Part shown: positions 35,813 through 49,539 of the stretch, one piece after another
Layout: each line of letters begins with the position of its first letter
Numbering within the stretch: the stretch's first letter is position 1
Assembly (NCBI RefSeq): GCF_018350175.1
Contig: NC_058368.1
Location: forward strand, 195,054,001-195,118,000
Length of the DNA: 64,000 nucleotides
Source: Felis catus
Lineage: Eukaryota
Reading direction: 5' to 3'
The notes under the pieces: generated by a model
Told to the model about the DNA's origin: nothing
Seen by the model: only the letters and a program-made list of their open reading frames with translations
Databases searched by the model: none
Made by a program: the position numbers and the translations under genes

Positions 35813-36815
35813 AAGTGTTGTCTCTTGCAATGTCTGCATGTTACTTGTTCACATGCTGTGGAAAAGGTAATTACAATGCTTTCTTGGGTTGGAGTTCTAA
35901 GAGCTCCCAACCGGGAGCAAGAGGCCTGGCAGATTGTGATTCTTTGCTCTGTGACCTTTGGCAAGTCACTTCCCCTCTCCGGGCTTCACTTTTCCTCATC
36001 TGTAAAGTGAAGATGTTGGGCCAGATTGGCAATCCCCTTTGTTTTCAATATTTTGAAAGACTTCTGTCCATCCTTAAGTGCATTGCATTTCAAGGATGTT
36101 AAATCTTAAACAGTTAGAATAGTGGCTAGAGGCTTAAAGACAGACTGCCTGGGATAGAGTCCAAGCTCCGATACCTCCCAGCTGGGCCATTATGTCAAAA
36201 CAAAGGGAATGTTTTAGTGTGTGTAGCTTTATTTTATTAAAAGAAAAATACGTTTCTGTACACGTCTCAGACTCTTAAAAATTATTGAGTTCCTCAGAGA
36301 GCTTTTGGCTCTATACGTTGTGCCATATTAGAAATGAAAACAAATTTGTGACATGCAAGAATACACAAGCACACCTCCCATTAATTAGCCTTCGGGACTA
36401 GATGAAGCCACTGTATGTCGTTCAGGTTCTGGAAAATTTCACCATATGATTGTAAGTGAAAGAGAAAAAGGCATCTCCTGGAAATAGTTTTTTTCGCCTT
36501 TGCCTTCGGAAAGAGTCTTGGGTAACACACGCTGAGAAAGGCTTTAACCATTTATGGGGCACGCATGGAGGAGACCCAGCTGTCACCTTAGATGGGTCAC
36601 CTAATCTCAGAGGCAGCGTCCTCCTCTGCACACTCAAAATGCCTTCAACTCGGGGAACTTGGTCGCCAGACTTATATAAGACTTTGTTTCAACTCTAGAC
36701 TGTGTGAGAGCAAAATTTTGGTCCCATTATGCAGTTATTAAACAAGTCTCCACCATTTGTGCCTTTGTGGCCCTCAGCCTAGGGCCTCTGCCAACCCTCA
36801 TGGTATCTGGCTCTT

Positions 36816-36834
36816 TGGCCACCAGATGGCAGTG
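36816..36834 (+). promoter_or_regulatory. Candidate CTCF binding site
   Basis: TGGCCACCAGATGGCAGTG fits the CTCF core CCASYAGRKGGCRS at every position. Confidence 0.65.
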
Positions 36835-38069
36835 TCATTTGGGCTTGACAGCAGGAGTTTAAGACCCATCCTGTGGGTTCTGGGGGGATGAACTTGAGAG
36901 TTTTTCCGTTTTCACGGTCTCCCAGGAGACCAGGTTCAGGCTGGCTGGCCCATTGGGAACACCCCAGGATTGAGGCCCTGTGGCTGCCTAGGACGAGTGG
37001 CCCTTGGAGGAGTTCTTCCCCACCCAGTTTCCAGCTGAGGCCCTCAGGTTCGATCTCTGAGGCTCCAGAAGAGCTGGGGAAGCTGCCACGCCTACCAGCA
37101 GCCCAGCTGGCTGTCTATGGAGCAAGTAAGATCACACAGCAGAGTGTGGGCCTCTGCAGGGGTGGGAGCGGGGAGCCGATGTGTCTGCATACTATTGGGG
37201 TGCTTCTTCCAGAGCCTGACCCCGCAGCCCTTGCTGCAGCCGGGCCACTCCTGTGTCCCCTAGGTGTCCCCTAGGTGTCTCGCTTGAGTCTGTGCTGCCC
37301 CACCCTCCCCACCCCCATCCTGTCTCCATGTACAAATTCCTTTCCCTCCCTTACATTCCACAGCCTCCATGAAACCTCTCCACAACTGGAAGTAATTTAT
37401 TTCTTCTCTTGGCCCTCACGGCATTTATCCCACCAGCTTCAGTGTTTTGACAAAGCTTTTTGTCCACGTGTCTTTCCTGCCCTCAAGGATCAGGCCAAGC
37501 AGAGAAAAGGAACTGGGGATATTTGATGGCTGTGTAATAGGTACCCTTGGGGGGATGTTTACTGAGTGCCATGCCCTTACATTAATGTCACTCTATCCTC
37601 TGATCCACATGAGAGAGCGGACCGGGACGCAGTAGGTGCACAGTTGACACTGAGTTCATCCTTCAGAGGAGAAGGTTGCCTGGTCTGGTCCTTTTCCGCA
37701 GGCTTGCATTTCTGTCAAGGTCCCAGGTTGTGAGTACAGCAGTCTAGAGTGACCCCTGGGGGTTCCCAGGAACTGTCGTTGTCATGGTTTCTGGGACCGG
37801 TGGGGTAAAGCTCCCAGCCACCTTGCCTCTGTCAACCTGCCCATCCTGTAGCCAAAGCCTTGGTTTGTCCAGTGCAGACAGAGCCCACGGTTGCAGAGAA
37901 GCCGTTTGCGGCTGCAGTGCTGGAGGCAGAGCCTGGGGGCTGGACCCGAGCGAGGCTGTAACCCCCATGGTGGTGTGGGCCACAGAGGGAGCCCCTCCAC
38001 ATGCTGAGTGAGCTCAAGCAAGTCCCCTGTCTCTGCCTCCTGTTAAATACAAGATTTTTGCTTTCGAAT

Positions 38070-38880
38070 GTGTTTTAAAAGAACAGCGTTGTCGAGGTAT
38101 AATTCCATTCAATAAATTGCATACATTCTAAGTGTATGATTTTTTAAACTATTAATTAATTAATTAATTAATTAATTTATAGAGTTGGGGAGGAGCAGAG
38201 AGAGGGAGAGAGAGAATCCCCAAGCAAGCTCCCTGCCATCAGGGCAGAGTCCAGTGCGGGGCTCAATCTCATGAACCGTGAGATCGTGACCTGGGTTAAA
38301 ATCAAGATTTGGACGTTCTCTCTCTCTCTTTTTTTTTCATTTCATTTCATTTCATTTCATCACGGAAAGTATACTCTTTAATCCCCATTCCCCTATTTCA
38401 CCTCCTTTTTTTTTTTTCTTTTCTTTTCTTCTTTTTAATTCTCAAGTTGGATGCTTAACTGACTGAGCCACCCAGGCGCCCCTTGCATGTCTGATTTTTT
38501 CACACACTCATGAAACCATCACCACAACCAAGATAGTGACTATGTCACGCTAGAAAGTTTCCTCAGGTCTCTTGGCCATCCCTCCCATCCCTCTCTCCAC
38601 CCCAAGCAACTACCATTCTGTTTTCTGTCACAATTACTGTAGTTTGGATTTTCTAGACTTTTATATAAATGCAATCATATAGTACATACTCATTTTTGTC
38701 TGGCTTCTTCCACTCCACATGATTTTTTTGAAATTCATCTATGTTATTATGGGTATCAGTAGCTTGTTTTTCTTTATCACCAAGTAGTAAGCATTCCATT
38801 GTAGGGCTGTACCACAAGCCATGAATGGTTATTCGTTCACCTGTTGATGGACATTTGAGTTGTTTCCAGTTTTTTAAACG
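38070..38880 (-). mobile_element. Old L1M 3' end with an inserted, itself interrupted Can-SINE (~38150-38482)
   Basis: cattcacctgttgatggacatttgagttgtttccag-type L1 sequence; the ORF track shows remnant KNWKQLKCPSTGE. Confidence 0.75.
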
Positions 38881-39029
38881 GCTCTCTGGTGCTGGTAAGG
38901 TTCCCCAAGGGCTCTGTGTGCACAAGAGAGAGCCTCAGTGGGCAGGTCTCTTCCAACCGAAAACCCCCAGACCCAAACCGAGGGAGCTCAAGTCATAGTT
39001 TTATCAACTTGGCTTCCTCCTACATCCTC

Positions 39030-39872
39030 TGGACTTCAGCAAATCTAGATTCAAATTCTCCCTCCACCACCCAATAACCGTATAACATCGGGAAAGCTAC
39101 TGATTCTTTTGTGTAACTCAAGTTTCCTCATCTGTAGAATGGAAACCATAACAGTACCTACCCCATGTGGCTATTGTGAGCCTTAAGCAAGATGATCCCA
39201 TGCCAAATGCTTGATGCCGGCATTGCACAAATGCAGCTTTTTGTTTGAATGAAAAGTTTCACCATTATGCTATTGGAAGTTGGAAAACTGAAATTTGAAA
39301 AATGTCAGAGATTTGACCATGGAAGACGACGGAAAGTGAAAACGAAATCTCAGCATTGCGCTGTGTGGCTGTGAGCGGTTGGTTGAGTCAAGGTCCTCTC
39401 TTGTGTTCTCCTTTAATCAGTGCCAGTCTCTTAAAAACCTCAAGTCTGCAATTTCTGGGGAGTGTCTGTAGAGATGATTTTAGATTTCCATGTCCTTAGG
39501 GGCTGTGGCTACTTGGTTTAAGTGGCCGAGTTTCTTAATCTGCTACCTAAGATGGGAAGGTCTGCAAATCTCCTGATTGCCTTGAAATAAGATATCAAAG
39601 TCTCTGGAAATAAGGATCTAGCTCTCATTGGTCTGCCTATCTTGGGTTCCTGGCATCCTGATCCTTTTTGAATGATGGTCCCCAGACTTGAAAAAGAACA
39701 TAGGCTTTACAGACAAACAGGTTCAGTCCCAGCCTGGCTGTTTACCAGCTCTGGGAACTTGGGCAAGCTGCTTAACTGTCCAGGATTTCTGTTTTCTCAT
39801 CTGCAAAATAGAAATAATTAATAACAATACCTTTTAAAAAATATTTTTATTTATTTTTGTGAGAGAGAGAGG

Positions 39873-39903
<31 letters not shown>

Positions 39904-40070
39904 CACAAACGGGGGAGGGGCAGAGAGAGAGGGAGACACAGAATCCGAAGCAGGTTCCAGGCTCTGAGCTGTCATCACAGACCTTGACGTGGGGCTTGAA
40001 CCCATGAACTATGAAATCAGGACCTGAGCCAAAGACAGATGCTCAACCGACTGAGCCGCACAGGTGCCCC
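39030..40070. mobile_element. MIR fragments (~39030-39240, ~39690-39830) and Can-SINE (~39835-40070 -)
   Basis: cagtttcctcatctgtagaatgg MIR core; SINE with (GA)n and TSD aacaatac. Confidence 0.75.
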
Positions 40071-41704
40071 AACAATACTTTTTTTCTTAAAGCGAGGTAA
40101 TGCACACACACAAAGGTGCTCAGCTTGGCTATGGTTATCCTTGCAGGATCTTAGGGAAGGAGAAGACCTGGTTGGTCATCCAACCAAAAGTCCACATCCC
40201 CTCCCTCTGATGGGTGGCCCCAGGCCTTAGCGTGTACACCAGCCCTAAGAGGGAGCACCACCAGCAGCTTGCTCTGCCCTGGACAGCCCTGTGAGGGAAG
40301 ATTCTGGTGTTGAAATCACCCTTACATCCCTGGCACTTCTCATGACTGGAGCTTGGTTAGTCCTGCCATGTGGGGCATCAGTCTATCCGTTCCCTGTGGT
40401 GGCTCCTCAGAGACAGAACATGCTTTTCCTTTCTGATCCCTCCCACTCCTCCCTGGCCTACTTCACAATCAGTATCCCGAATACCCTCCTCCACCTTTCC
40501 TCAGAGACAGAGCTGGAGTTACCAGACCACCTGATCACTAGCCTCTTCATCGATGCCTTCCTGAGAGTGGAGGCTAAGAGAACATGAACCCTGGACCCTA
40601 CCGCTCCTATGCCAGCCCATGTGGTTCCTGGCTCAGCACAGAAAGAGCTGGACTGAGTTGGGAGAGCATGAGTTCCTCGAATAGAGGGAATCTGGACAAG
40701 CTACTCAATCTTCCTTCATCTAGGAGATGTGGCCCAGATGACACCCACTTCATAGGTAATGTGCACAAAATGTCCAGGGCAGAGTAGACCCTCAGCCGCC
40801 ACATCCCCAAATTCACATTTTTGAGGACGTGTCCTTGAGTCCTACCACTCTGTAAAAGGGCTGGGCCTGCCTGGTCTGGTCACACCCAACAGCAGACCTG
40901 GCCCCAACTCTTCTGGATCACTGCCCCTCCCAGGGTCTAATTTGGAAATAGCCTTAACCCAGGCAGTCGTTTGTGGGTATCTAACTCCTTTTTTGCTCTA
41001 AACAGAAACTGTGGTTCCCTTTATGCTCCTGGTAATTAGAGAGGCCAGAAAAGCCATTGAGGTGGTAAGAAGGGCTAGAGGGAGAGGTGAAGCCTTCCGG
41101 TCAACAGCTGGCTATTAGTAAAGCTTTGGGAGGGTCAAAAGTTATAGGAAGATTCTCAGCTGTGCAGGGGCTTGGCGCCCCAACCCCCAAGCTGTTCACA
41201 GGTCAACTGTCTATATAAGGAAACATAAATGGTTTCCCTATCGGTAAATTAGAGATCACACTTGTTTCACAGAGTGGTTCTGACAATGAAGGAAGATAAT
41301 CCATGTACATCATTTACTACAGTGGCTGGTTGTAGAAAGCATTCAACAAGCATTAGCCATTTTATTAGTAGTGGTGTTTTGTAACCTGCTTTCACTGAAT
41401 AGTTCCTGGCCACACCTTCATCTCCAATGTCTGTTATCTGGGGCTGCTTCTGCACTGTATTGGCCAAGTTGAAGAATTGCAACAGAGACCATATGACCCA
41501 CAAGGCCTAGAATGTTCACTGTCTTGCCCTTTCCAGAAAAATGTGTTGATTCATGATTTAGATCAGTGATCTCAAGCTGTGTTCTATGGAAATCTAAGGC
41601 TCCATGCAGATACCTCGGGAAAACAAAGAGTGGTAGATGGTGGGCATCTTTCTACAGAGACTAATCCTCTTATCTGTTAAAATTAATGAGTTGTTTTATC
41701 AAAG

Positions 41705-42290
41705 ATGTAAGGAAGAAATTATACCAATTCTCTACAATCTCTCTTAGAGGATACTGTAAGGCCAACAATACCCTAACACCAAAACCAGACAGACATTCCA
41801 AGGAGAGAAAACTATGGACCAACATCTCTTATGAACACAGAATCAAAAATCCTTGACAAAATACTAGCAAATCAAAGCCAATGATGTCTAAAAGGAATTA
41901 TACACCACAACCAAGTGGGATTTATTCTAGGTATGCAAGGCTGGTTCAATATTTGAAAATCAATTAATGTAATCTATTATATCAATAAGCTAAAAAAGAA
42001 AAATCACATGATCATATCAGTAGGTGCAGAAAAAGCATTTGACAAAACCCAAAACCCATTCATGATAAAAAAAAAAAAAAGAACTGTCAGTAAACTAGAA
42101 TAGAGGGGAATAGCTCACCTGATGAATAATATCTACAAAAAACCTACAGCAAATCAATAGTGAGAAACTTGAAGCTTTCTCACTAAAATCAGGTATGAGA
42201 TAAGGATGTCCCCTCTCACCACTGCTTTCCAACATTGTACAGAAAGTTCTTGATAATACTATAAGATAAGAAAAGGAAATGAAAGGTACA
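41705..42290 (+). mobile_element. Degraded L1 ORF2 (reverse transcriptase region) fragment
   Basis: caaaatactagcaaatc...ccaagtgggatttattctaggtatgcaaggctggttcaat...gcagaaaaagcatttgacaaaa, with stops and frameshifts. Confidence 0.85.
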
Positions 42291-42292
42291 CA

Positions 42293-43095
42293 GGGGCACC
42301 TGGGTGGCTCAGTCGGTTAAGTGTCTGACTCTTGATTTCAGCTCAGGGTCATGATCTCGTGGTTTGTGAGTTCGAGCCCCATATGGGGCTCCAAGCTGAT
42401 GGTGGGGAGTCTGCTTGGGATTCTCTGTTTCCCTCCCTCTCTGCCCCTCCTCCACTTGCTCTCTCTCTCAAAATAACTAATAATAATAATAAATTAAAAA
42501 AAAAAAAGAAAATCCAAGAGAGTTGGGGTTCAGAGAACTTCCAGGTTGGTGAACACATCCAGGTATCAGGAAGGTGGGGCACCCCAAATCCACAAGGACA
42601 GAAGCTCCTGCACCCAGGGCTCTCCCTGTCCTCACCCTATGTATCTCTACATCTGGCTCTTCAAGTGCATCCTTTATCATTTCCTTTAATAAACTGGTAA
42701 ATGTGTTTTCCTGAGTTCGATGAGCTATTGTCATAAATAATCACACCTAGAGAGGAGGGAGAAATGAGAACCTCCAATTTGTAGCCAAGTCAGGTGAAAG
42801 TTGTGGGTAAGCCTGCGAGTCTACCACAGATCTATTACTTGGGACTGGCATTTGAGTAGGGGGAGTCTTGTCGGACTAAGACCTTGACCTATGGGATCTG
42901 ACACTGTCTCCAGAGAGTGTCAGAATTGAGTTACATTTTAGGACACTCAGCTGGTGTCACAGAATTGTTTGTTGTGGGGAAAAACCAGAACCCATACACA
43001 AAACCCACACATCTGATGACCACAAGTGTCCAGAGTGTTCTGTGTGAAAGTACAGGAGAAAGACACAAGAAGGGAGCTGTGGGGTTGTCCAGTAC
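42293..43095 (+). mobile_element. Can-SINE (42293-42510) followed by MER21-like LTR (~42515-43095)
   Basis: gagaacttccaggttggtgaacacatcc, aataaactggtaaatgtgttttcctgagttc, gtgtcagaattgagtt are MER21-like. Confidence 0.7.
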
Positions 43096-44132
43096 AGCCA
43101 TCTATGGCAAAATGTTAAGATTTGTCAAAGCTAACAGGTAGATACAAAGATCTCAACCTTATTGTTCTGTATACTTTTTGTACGCTTGCCATATTTCACA
43201 AATTAGAAGAAAAAGGACCTGACGTACACCATGGAAAATATTGCCAACAGTTCAAGAGGCTGTACAATGAAAAATAAATACCTGTTCATTTCAGATCTGT
43301 GATCCTCCTCAGAGACGCTCGTGGGCTGTGGTCAATTTCATATGCGTCTCTCAGGAGCAGTCTGCAAATGCAAGCTGTAATATCCGCAAGACCTGCTCCC
43401 CTTGGAAGCATACATACACACATACATCCTTACACACCTAGATGTCTGATCTTACCCACGTGGGAAGCAGACCTGCACATTGAAGCCTTCCATTTGGAAA
43501 GTCTACCTTGTGACCCTTGATTTTGGACACTCACTAGAAACCACTCTGTTTTCTCTGTCAGTGGACCTGAACCCATCTTGCATGTCTTTTCCAATTGGTG
43601 ATTAATGTGGGCCTTTCTTATTAACTAGGGTCAGCTTTCTCTGGAGAATGACTGCTTAGCTCTTTGAAGCGTCCTTCTCAGGCTCCCTAGAATGCAATTT
43701 CCAGGTGCCAAACAACCCATATTTTAAGTCAGACCATCCCAAACACATCCTTAAAATTTGGTGAAAATCTGTCCTGCCATTTTCTTAGGATATGGTAAGT
43801 AAATAGACAAAAAGTCACAAACTTCCCTTTATGATGTGAATAAACCCCCCCACTGCTCCCCCACTCTGACCTTTAGGGGAAAAGAGAGAGAGAGAGAGAG
43901 AGAGAAAACTTACAAAATGAGAACATGCGTGGCACACTGTCCCTACCTTGCCTTTTTTTCCTTACTTATCACTATATCTGAGATGGTTTTGTGTTTCCTA
44001 TCAGTCCACACAGTTTTGCCTTTGTAATTTATAGTATAAATACTGGTTCAATTTCATTTGTGAATATGCTGGGGACTAAATTCCTAGTACTCTTTTCTTT
44101 CTAAAATAAAGTCTTAATTTCTATTAAGTGTA

Positions 44133-44240
44133 AGGTGACCAACTCATCCTTTTGCTTGGGGGTTTCTGTTTTATCGCTTAAAAGTCCTATGTCCCGGAAA
44201 CCCCTCAGTTCTGCGCAAAGTGGGATGTTTGGTCACCATG
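44133..44240. mobile_element. MER81-like hAT MITE
   Basis: Terminal inverted repeats ggtgaccaa ... ttggtcacc around ~105 bp. Confidence 0.65.
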
Positions 44241-44349
44241 TTTAAGTACCATGTGAACAGTAGACAAATTTGAATAGGAAGTAGTTCATTATAACAACAC
44301 AAGTAATGATCTTCCCTTTTGCCCTAAAATGAAATTATTTTTATAAACC

Positions 44350-44570
44350 TTTTTAGAAGTTTATTTTTTATTTATTTTGAGAGAGAAGGAGAGAAATAGT
44401 GAACGAGTGGGGGAGGGACAGAGAGATGGAGTGAGAAGACCCCAACAGGCTCTGAGCTGTCAGCCTGGAGCCTGACTCGGGGCTCGAACTCACGAACCGT
44501 AAGGTCATGCATGACCTGAGCCGAAATCAAGAGTTGGATGCTTAACCGACTGAGCCCCCCCAAGGTGCTT
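44350..44570 (-). mobile_element. Can-SINE
   Basis: Reverse-complement SINE body with T-rich tail at the left. Confidence 0.85.
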
Positions 44571-46921
44571 CCTAAAAAGAACTTGTTAACCAAATATTGT
44601 CCACATAGAATAAGGATTGTCCTAGGACTTTTGCTAGAGTTGGGGGTTGCCTCACGCTTTTAGGTGGCTGTGTAGTATTTCAGGGTATGACTTCACCATA
44701 ATTTTATTAAGCCTGCTTCCTGCTAATGGACATTTTGTTTCTTTCTAGCGTTTTGCTGGAATAAACAAGTCTTCCCTGAATGTCCTTACTTATTTGTTCT
44801 ATAAACTGGTAAACTCCGCATAAGAAATTTGTTTTGAAAATAAGGCTTTCCTGCTAAAAACAAAACTCAAAACGCCACAAGATTAAAGCCTCTTTCATCT
44901 CGGGCCTTCTGTGAGTCTCTTTTTCTTCAGGTGACTGACTGGGCTAAGGATGAGTTTAAAACGGGTTGGCAGCCAAGGTCTGGGAAGGAAGCCCAGGCAC
45001 AGGAGAGGCTTCCTGGGGTGCATGAGGGAGAAAAACAGCCCAGTGCTGTGCTTCCCAGCTTGGAGGGGGTGTTTATCAAGGCCAGTGGGAGAGGAGTTGG
45101 CCAGACTTCGAGGGGTCCAGTGTTGGCCAGGAGTAGGGCTGAGAGACTGGAGCCATTCAGCTGTGTTCCAAAAAGAGCAGGGAGAGGAAGGGGAAACTAG
45201 CCCAGACACACACTGGGTGGCTGCCGGCTGGCCAGGGCTCTTGGTACAACAAGCCCAGTGCCAGGCGGTGGGGCCCAGCCAGCTGTCCCCCGGGACCCCA
45301 CCCCAGACTGGGCAGGGTTAGGTCAGTTCCGCAATTGCTTCTTGGGGCTATCAGGAATGGAGTTTTATGGAGTGTGGGATAATTCAGTACTTTTCCAGAG
45401 AGATGGGCTACTTGGGCCGGAAAGGTGATTTTTCTACCCATGTGGTATGTGCAACACGTGTGTAGTAATGGATCCTTTATCCTGCAAAGGGGCTGTGGCA
45501 TCACTCGCCAAACTGTTCTATGCAGAATGCTGTTGGTAAAACACCAGATCCAAAAGTCAAAAAAGCTCGGGAAATGCCAAGTCTGGCAAAATCAAGCAGA
45601 ATTCTTTACTGTGGGAATTCTCAGAGCCTTCAGTGTGCTAACAGTGTACTTCCTGACTCTTCAAAGAGGAGATGAAGTAAACATTGTTTCCCTGATGTTA
45701 AGTCCTTGGAACATCCTCTGTCCCCTCAGGGAACACGTAATAACATCTTTGCTAAATGGTGTCTGCTAATTCTAATCCATAGGAAAAGGCAGAAGCCAAC
45801 AGGCCCACCTGTAAACCATCCAAGAATGTAGGACGGAGAGGCCTCTGGAATCTGGCCGATCAGAGCCAGAAGATGCTGCCATATCCTACCCAAAAGTGTG
45901 CCGGGCATCTTTCACAATATAAAATGATTGACTTTCAGGAGCACGAGGGATTCCCCCAGACTTGAAGTAGGGGCAGCCCCATGCTGATCGGAACAATTGA
46001 GGGAGTACAGCAGAAGAGCTTGGGTTTGCTCCAGCCTTCATCTCTGCATCTCATTTCTTCTGGTCCCAGAGATTCAGTGACATACTTCACCACAGTGATC
46101 TCTGGGTCTCCTGTATGTCAGGCTCAGCGCACACAGCACCATGGAGAGACGCCCCGCTTCATCCAATTGTCATCTCCACTGTGTGGCCTCTGTGTCTGTG
46201 ACCCCCACCTTTGTTGGTGCATTTTTTTTTTTTTAAGGTTAAAATGCAAAGCCATCTGGGAGGAACCATTGCCAGGGTCTTTAACAGCTTCTCTGCCCTG
46301 AGATTTATGTGGAAAGAGCCAGGTTTGGTGTTGGAGGACAGAATGTCTTGTGGTAGAGGCTGTGTCTGCAAATCTTTCCCATTCTTGAGTCACTGGGTTA
46401 GGCTGGTACCTTGTATCTATGGTCCCTTCTCCTGGAAAGAACTGGAAAATGAAATGCTAAAGAGTGAGAGAGAACTTGAGTCTTAGTTCACTCTGCCCCT
46501 GATTTGCTAATTGACATTAGAAAGTTCTTTCCTTTCCTTGAGACTTTTTCTTCCTTTGTAAAATGAAGTGGTTTAGACTATTTTAATTAATTGCTAACTT
46601 TCTGATCAGAGGAAGACTTGTGTCCAACAAAGTCCTAAGAGCCATCCCATCCAAAACAGGTAAAAGTGGTCTGTAACCAAAGTGTTTTCAAGGTAATATG
46701 GCATCATAATATTATGGAAGTGTTTCCTGTAAAAGTTAGGGTAGAGGTGTTTTTAGGAGCAAGGAGATAGTTGTGATTGGTCAAGGCACCCAAAGGGCTT
46801 TCTGGGTGACTGCAAATTTCCTGATCTGAGTGGGAGTTACAAGTGGTGTTTTCCTCAGAATCTCTCAGCAAACGATAAAAATATTACTAATACGTTATAA
46901 AGCCAATCACTGGGAACACAA

Positions 46922-47578
46922 CTGTGTCAATTAGATTTAGCTGCAAAAGGCAAAAACTTCATAGTAAAAGTGGCTTAACAAGATAGAAGTTTACGTTTCC
47001 TTCACGTAAATGAAGTCTGGGGGTGAGCAGTCCAAGGCACTCGATGGAAACAGCTAAGAGCTCAATGAGCATCAAAGACCCAAGGCTCCTTCTCTCTTTC
47101 GTCCACCATCTTCAACACAAAACTTCCAATCCAGAGGTCAAGATGGCTGACTGAGCTTCACTGTCTTGTCCACAATAGATCCATCCAGCAAGAAGAGGGA
47201 TGAAAACAGCATGTCCTCTCACTTCAACCCCTGGAAGGAGCACAACCTTTCCTTACACCCCTTTGACCAACACTTAATTACAAGGCCTAGCAGCAAGGGA
47301 GGCTGGGAAATGTAGTCTTTAATCTGGGTGACTTCAGCTCAGGTCATGATCTTACAGTTCGTGAGTTTGAGCCCCGCATTGGGCTCTCTGCCGTCAACAC
47401 AGAGCCCACTTTGGATCCTCTGTCCCCCTTTCTCTCTGTCCCTCCCCCACTCTCTCTCTCAAAAATAAACATTAAAAAAAAAATCTGGGTGGCCATGGAC
47501 CCACCCTACTGTTGTTTCCACAATAAATATAAAAAAAAATGAGTAGATTTAGGGGACAACCAGCAGAATCTGCCACAA
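46922..47578 (-). mobile_element. Old LTR fossil (LTR33/MLT1-like) with 5'-truncated Can-SINE (~47330-47483 +)
   Basis: gtggcttaacaagatagaagttta...gcaagggaggctgggaaatgtagtcttt; TSD aatctgggtg around the SINE. Confidence 0.55.
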
Positions 47579-49539
47579 CATATTAATGGATTTTAGTTTC
47601 TGATGTGTTGAAATTAGTGGGTGACTAATGTGGGTGTCTTTGCTGCTTTTCAGTCACTGTTCTAAATATAGCTTGAGACGTACAAAATGAGGTGAATATT
47701 CATAATTTGTGGCACGGCCGGAGCACTCACAGAACACAGCTTAAAACCCCCTGAACTAGAAACTCCCCAAGAGTTTTTCCAGCTTTGACATTCTAGAATT
47801 CTATGAAAGCCCTGCCCCCTTCCATGAGCTAACAGAGGGCTTTTTCTCTGGGGACTGGCAGGGGACTTCTTGTTACCTTCAGGACTGAGAATTGTGCCCA
47901 TTGTTTCTTTGGAGGCAGCCGACCTGGCCAAATATCTTGAAAAGCTCTCTGTCACAGCAGCCTTCCCCATCTCGGCCTGGGAGTTCCCCAGAGGTGGTGT
48001 GGTTTACTGAGGCATTGAAAACTCAGCATTTCAAAGCAGGGGCTGTCTGTGTCCTGGCTGGGAGTGGCTCAGACTTGCCCTCACGATTTTCGGAGACCTT
48101 TATAACAGAAGGAACCACCTTTGGTTCAGCTCTTCCATTTTTCAGAGGAGGACACAGGGATCCAAAGAGGCTGAGACTTTGAAGTCCCTAAGCAACCAGG
48201 TACTGACTTGTCCTAAAGCTTTTCCATCGCCACTCATTACAATAGCGTGAATTTAATGTACACGTCCTATGTGCCGGGCCAAGCGCATCACATGCAAAAA
48301 TCTCATTTAATCTTCACAAAAACCCTGAGAGATAGGTACAATTTTTTTTTCTTTTTTGGTCATTTTACAGATCAGGAAACTGCAACCTTGATTTGCCCAA
48401 GGCCTCGCCGTTACCAGGTGTGGATCAGAACTGGAACCTTCGCAGTGCGACAGCGGAGCCCGCACTTTGACCTCTGTGCTCAGAATGGCTGCCTTCCACG
48501 GATGCTCCGGGTGTGAGGAGGACCGACTTTACTCCTAGTAAACTGCGAGCGGCACATCTTTGCCTGGATGAAGCCGCTTGGACATTGCATCCGTTCAGAC
48601 CACTCCTTGCCCCAGATGTAGCTCTGTCATCAGCAGCTTGGTGTCAAATTCAAGGTGTCTTGGCACCAGGAATAATGTGCCCGGAGGCGTGGGTACCTAA
48701 CTTTCCACCAGGGCAAGAGCCATCCCCCAGATTTACCATGAGCACCTGTCCTATCTGTCCTACCCTGTCTGGGTGAGGCAATCCTCCAACACCACAAAGA
48801 GGACCAAGTACCCCTGCAAATGTACTGACCCTGGGTGTGGGGACCTCCCCCATCTCTGGGCCGTCTCGGGACCTTGCCTGAGTAGCCTGTAGCAGGTCTT
48901 CTTTGTGACAGCTTTCTGTGTTGGATACGGGGCCTTTCTGCCTGTTAGCACTCACTTTTCCCCTGAGCAAAGACGCTGAGGAATTGTAGGGACAATAGGA
49001 AGCTCTCAGTAGAGAAGCACCATAGGGAGTTGCTGTGGAGACCTGAGCTGTTTAGCTCGCCCCAGCTCTTCAAGTTTCTCCTTGTCCTCCGGCGCAGGAA
49101 GCTTCTAATCTGTTCCAGAGTCCAAGGAAGGATGGGATGAGGTCACGGGCCTGAGATACTTTATCTTAGAGAAGGTTCTACAAAGGCCCAGGGGCTGAAG
49201 GTACTGTTTTTGTCCTTACTCTGACCACATTTCTGAAAGGAATGTTGGTGGGGGTTGGGCATGCTCGGCAGCCTGTTCAGAGGACAGCGGGGTTCAGACA
49301 GTGAAAGGCCTTCCACAGAGCTGACCTGCCTCTGTCAAGAGCATAACCCTGGAAAATCCCAGAGCTTCACATGGCCCAGTCTGTGCAGACTCACAATGGA
49401 AGAAAACAAAGTCCCCCCATCACCGGTCATTTAGAAGCTCCATAATCTCTACCTCCATATCTCTAACAGCATTAAAAGGGATCTAATTAATAATCCACAC
49501 AAAACTCCATTTCTGTTTCCTCAAATTCCCTCATCTCCT

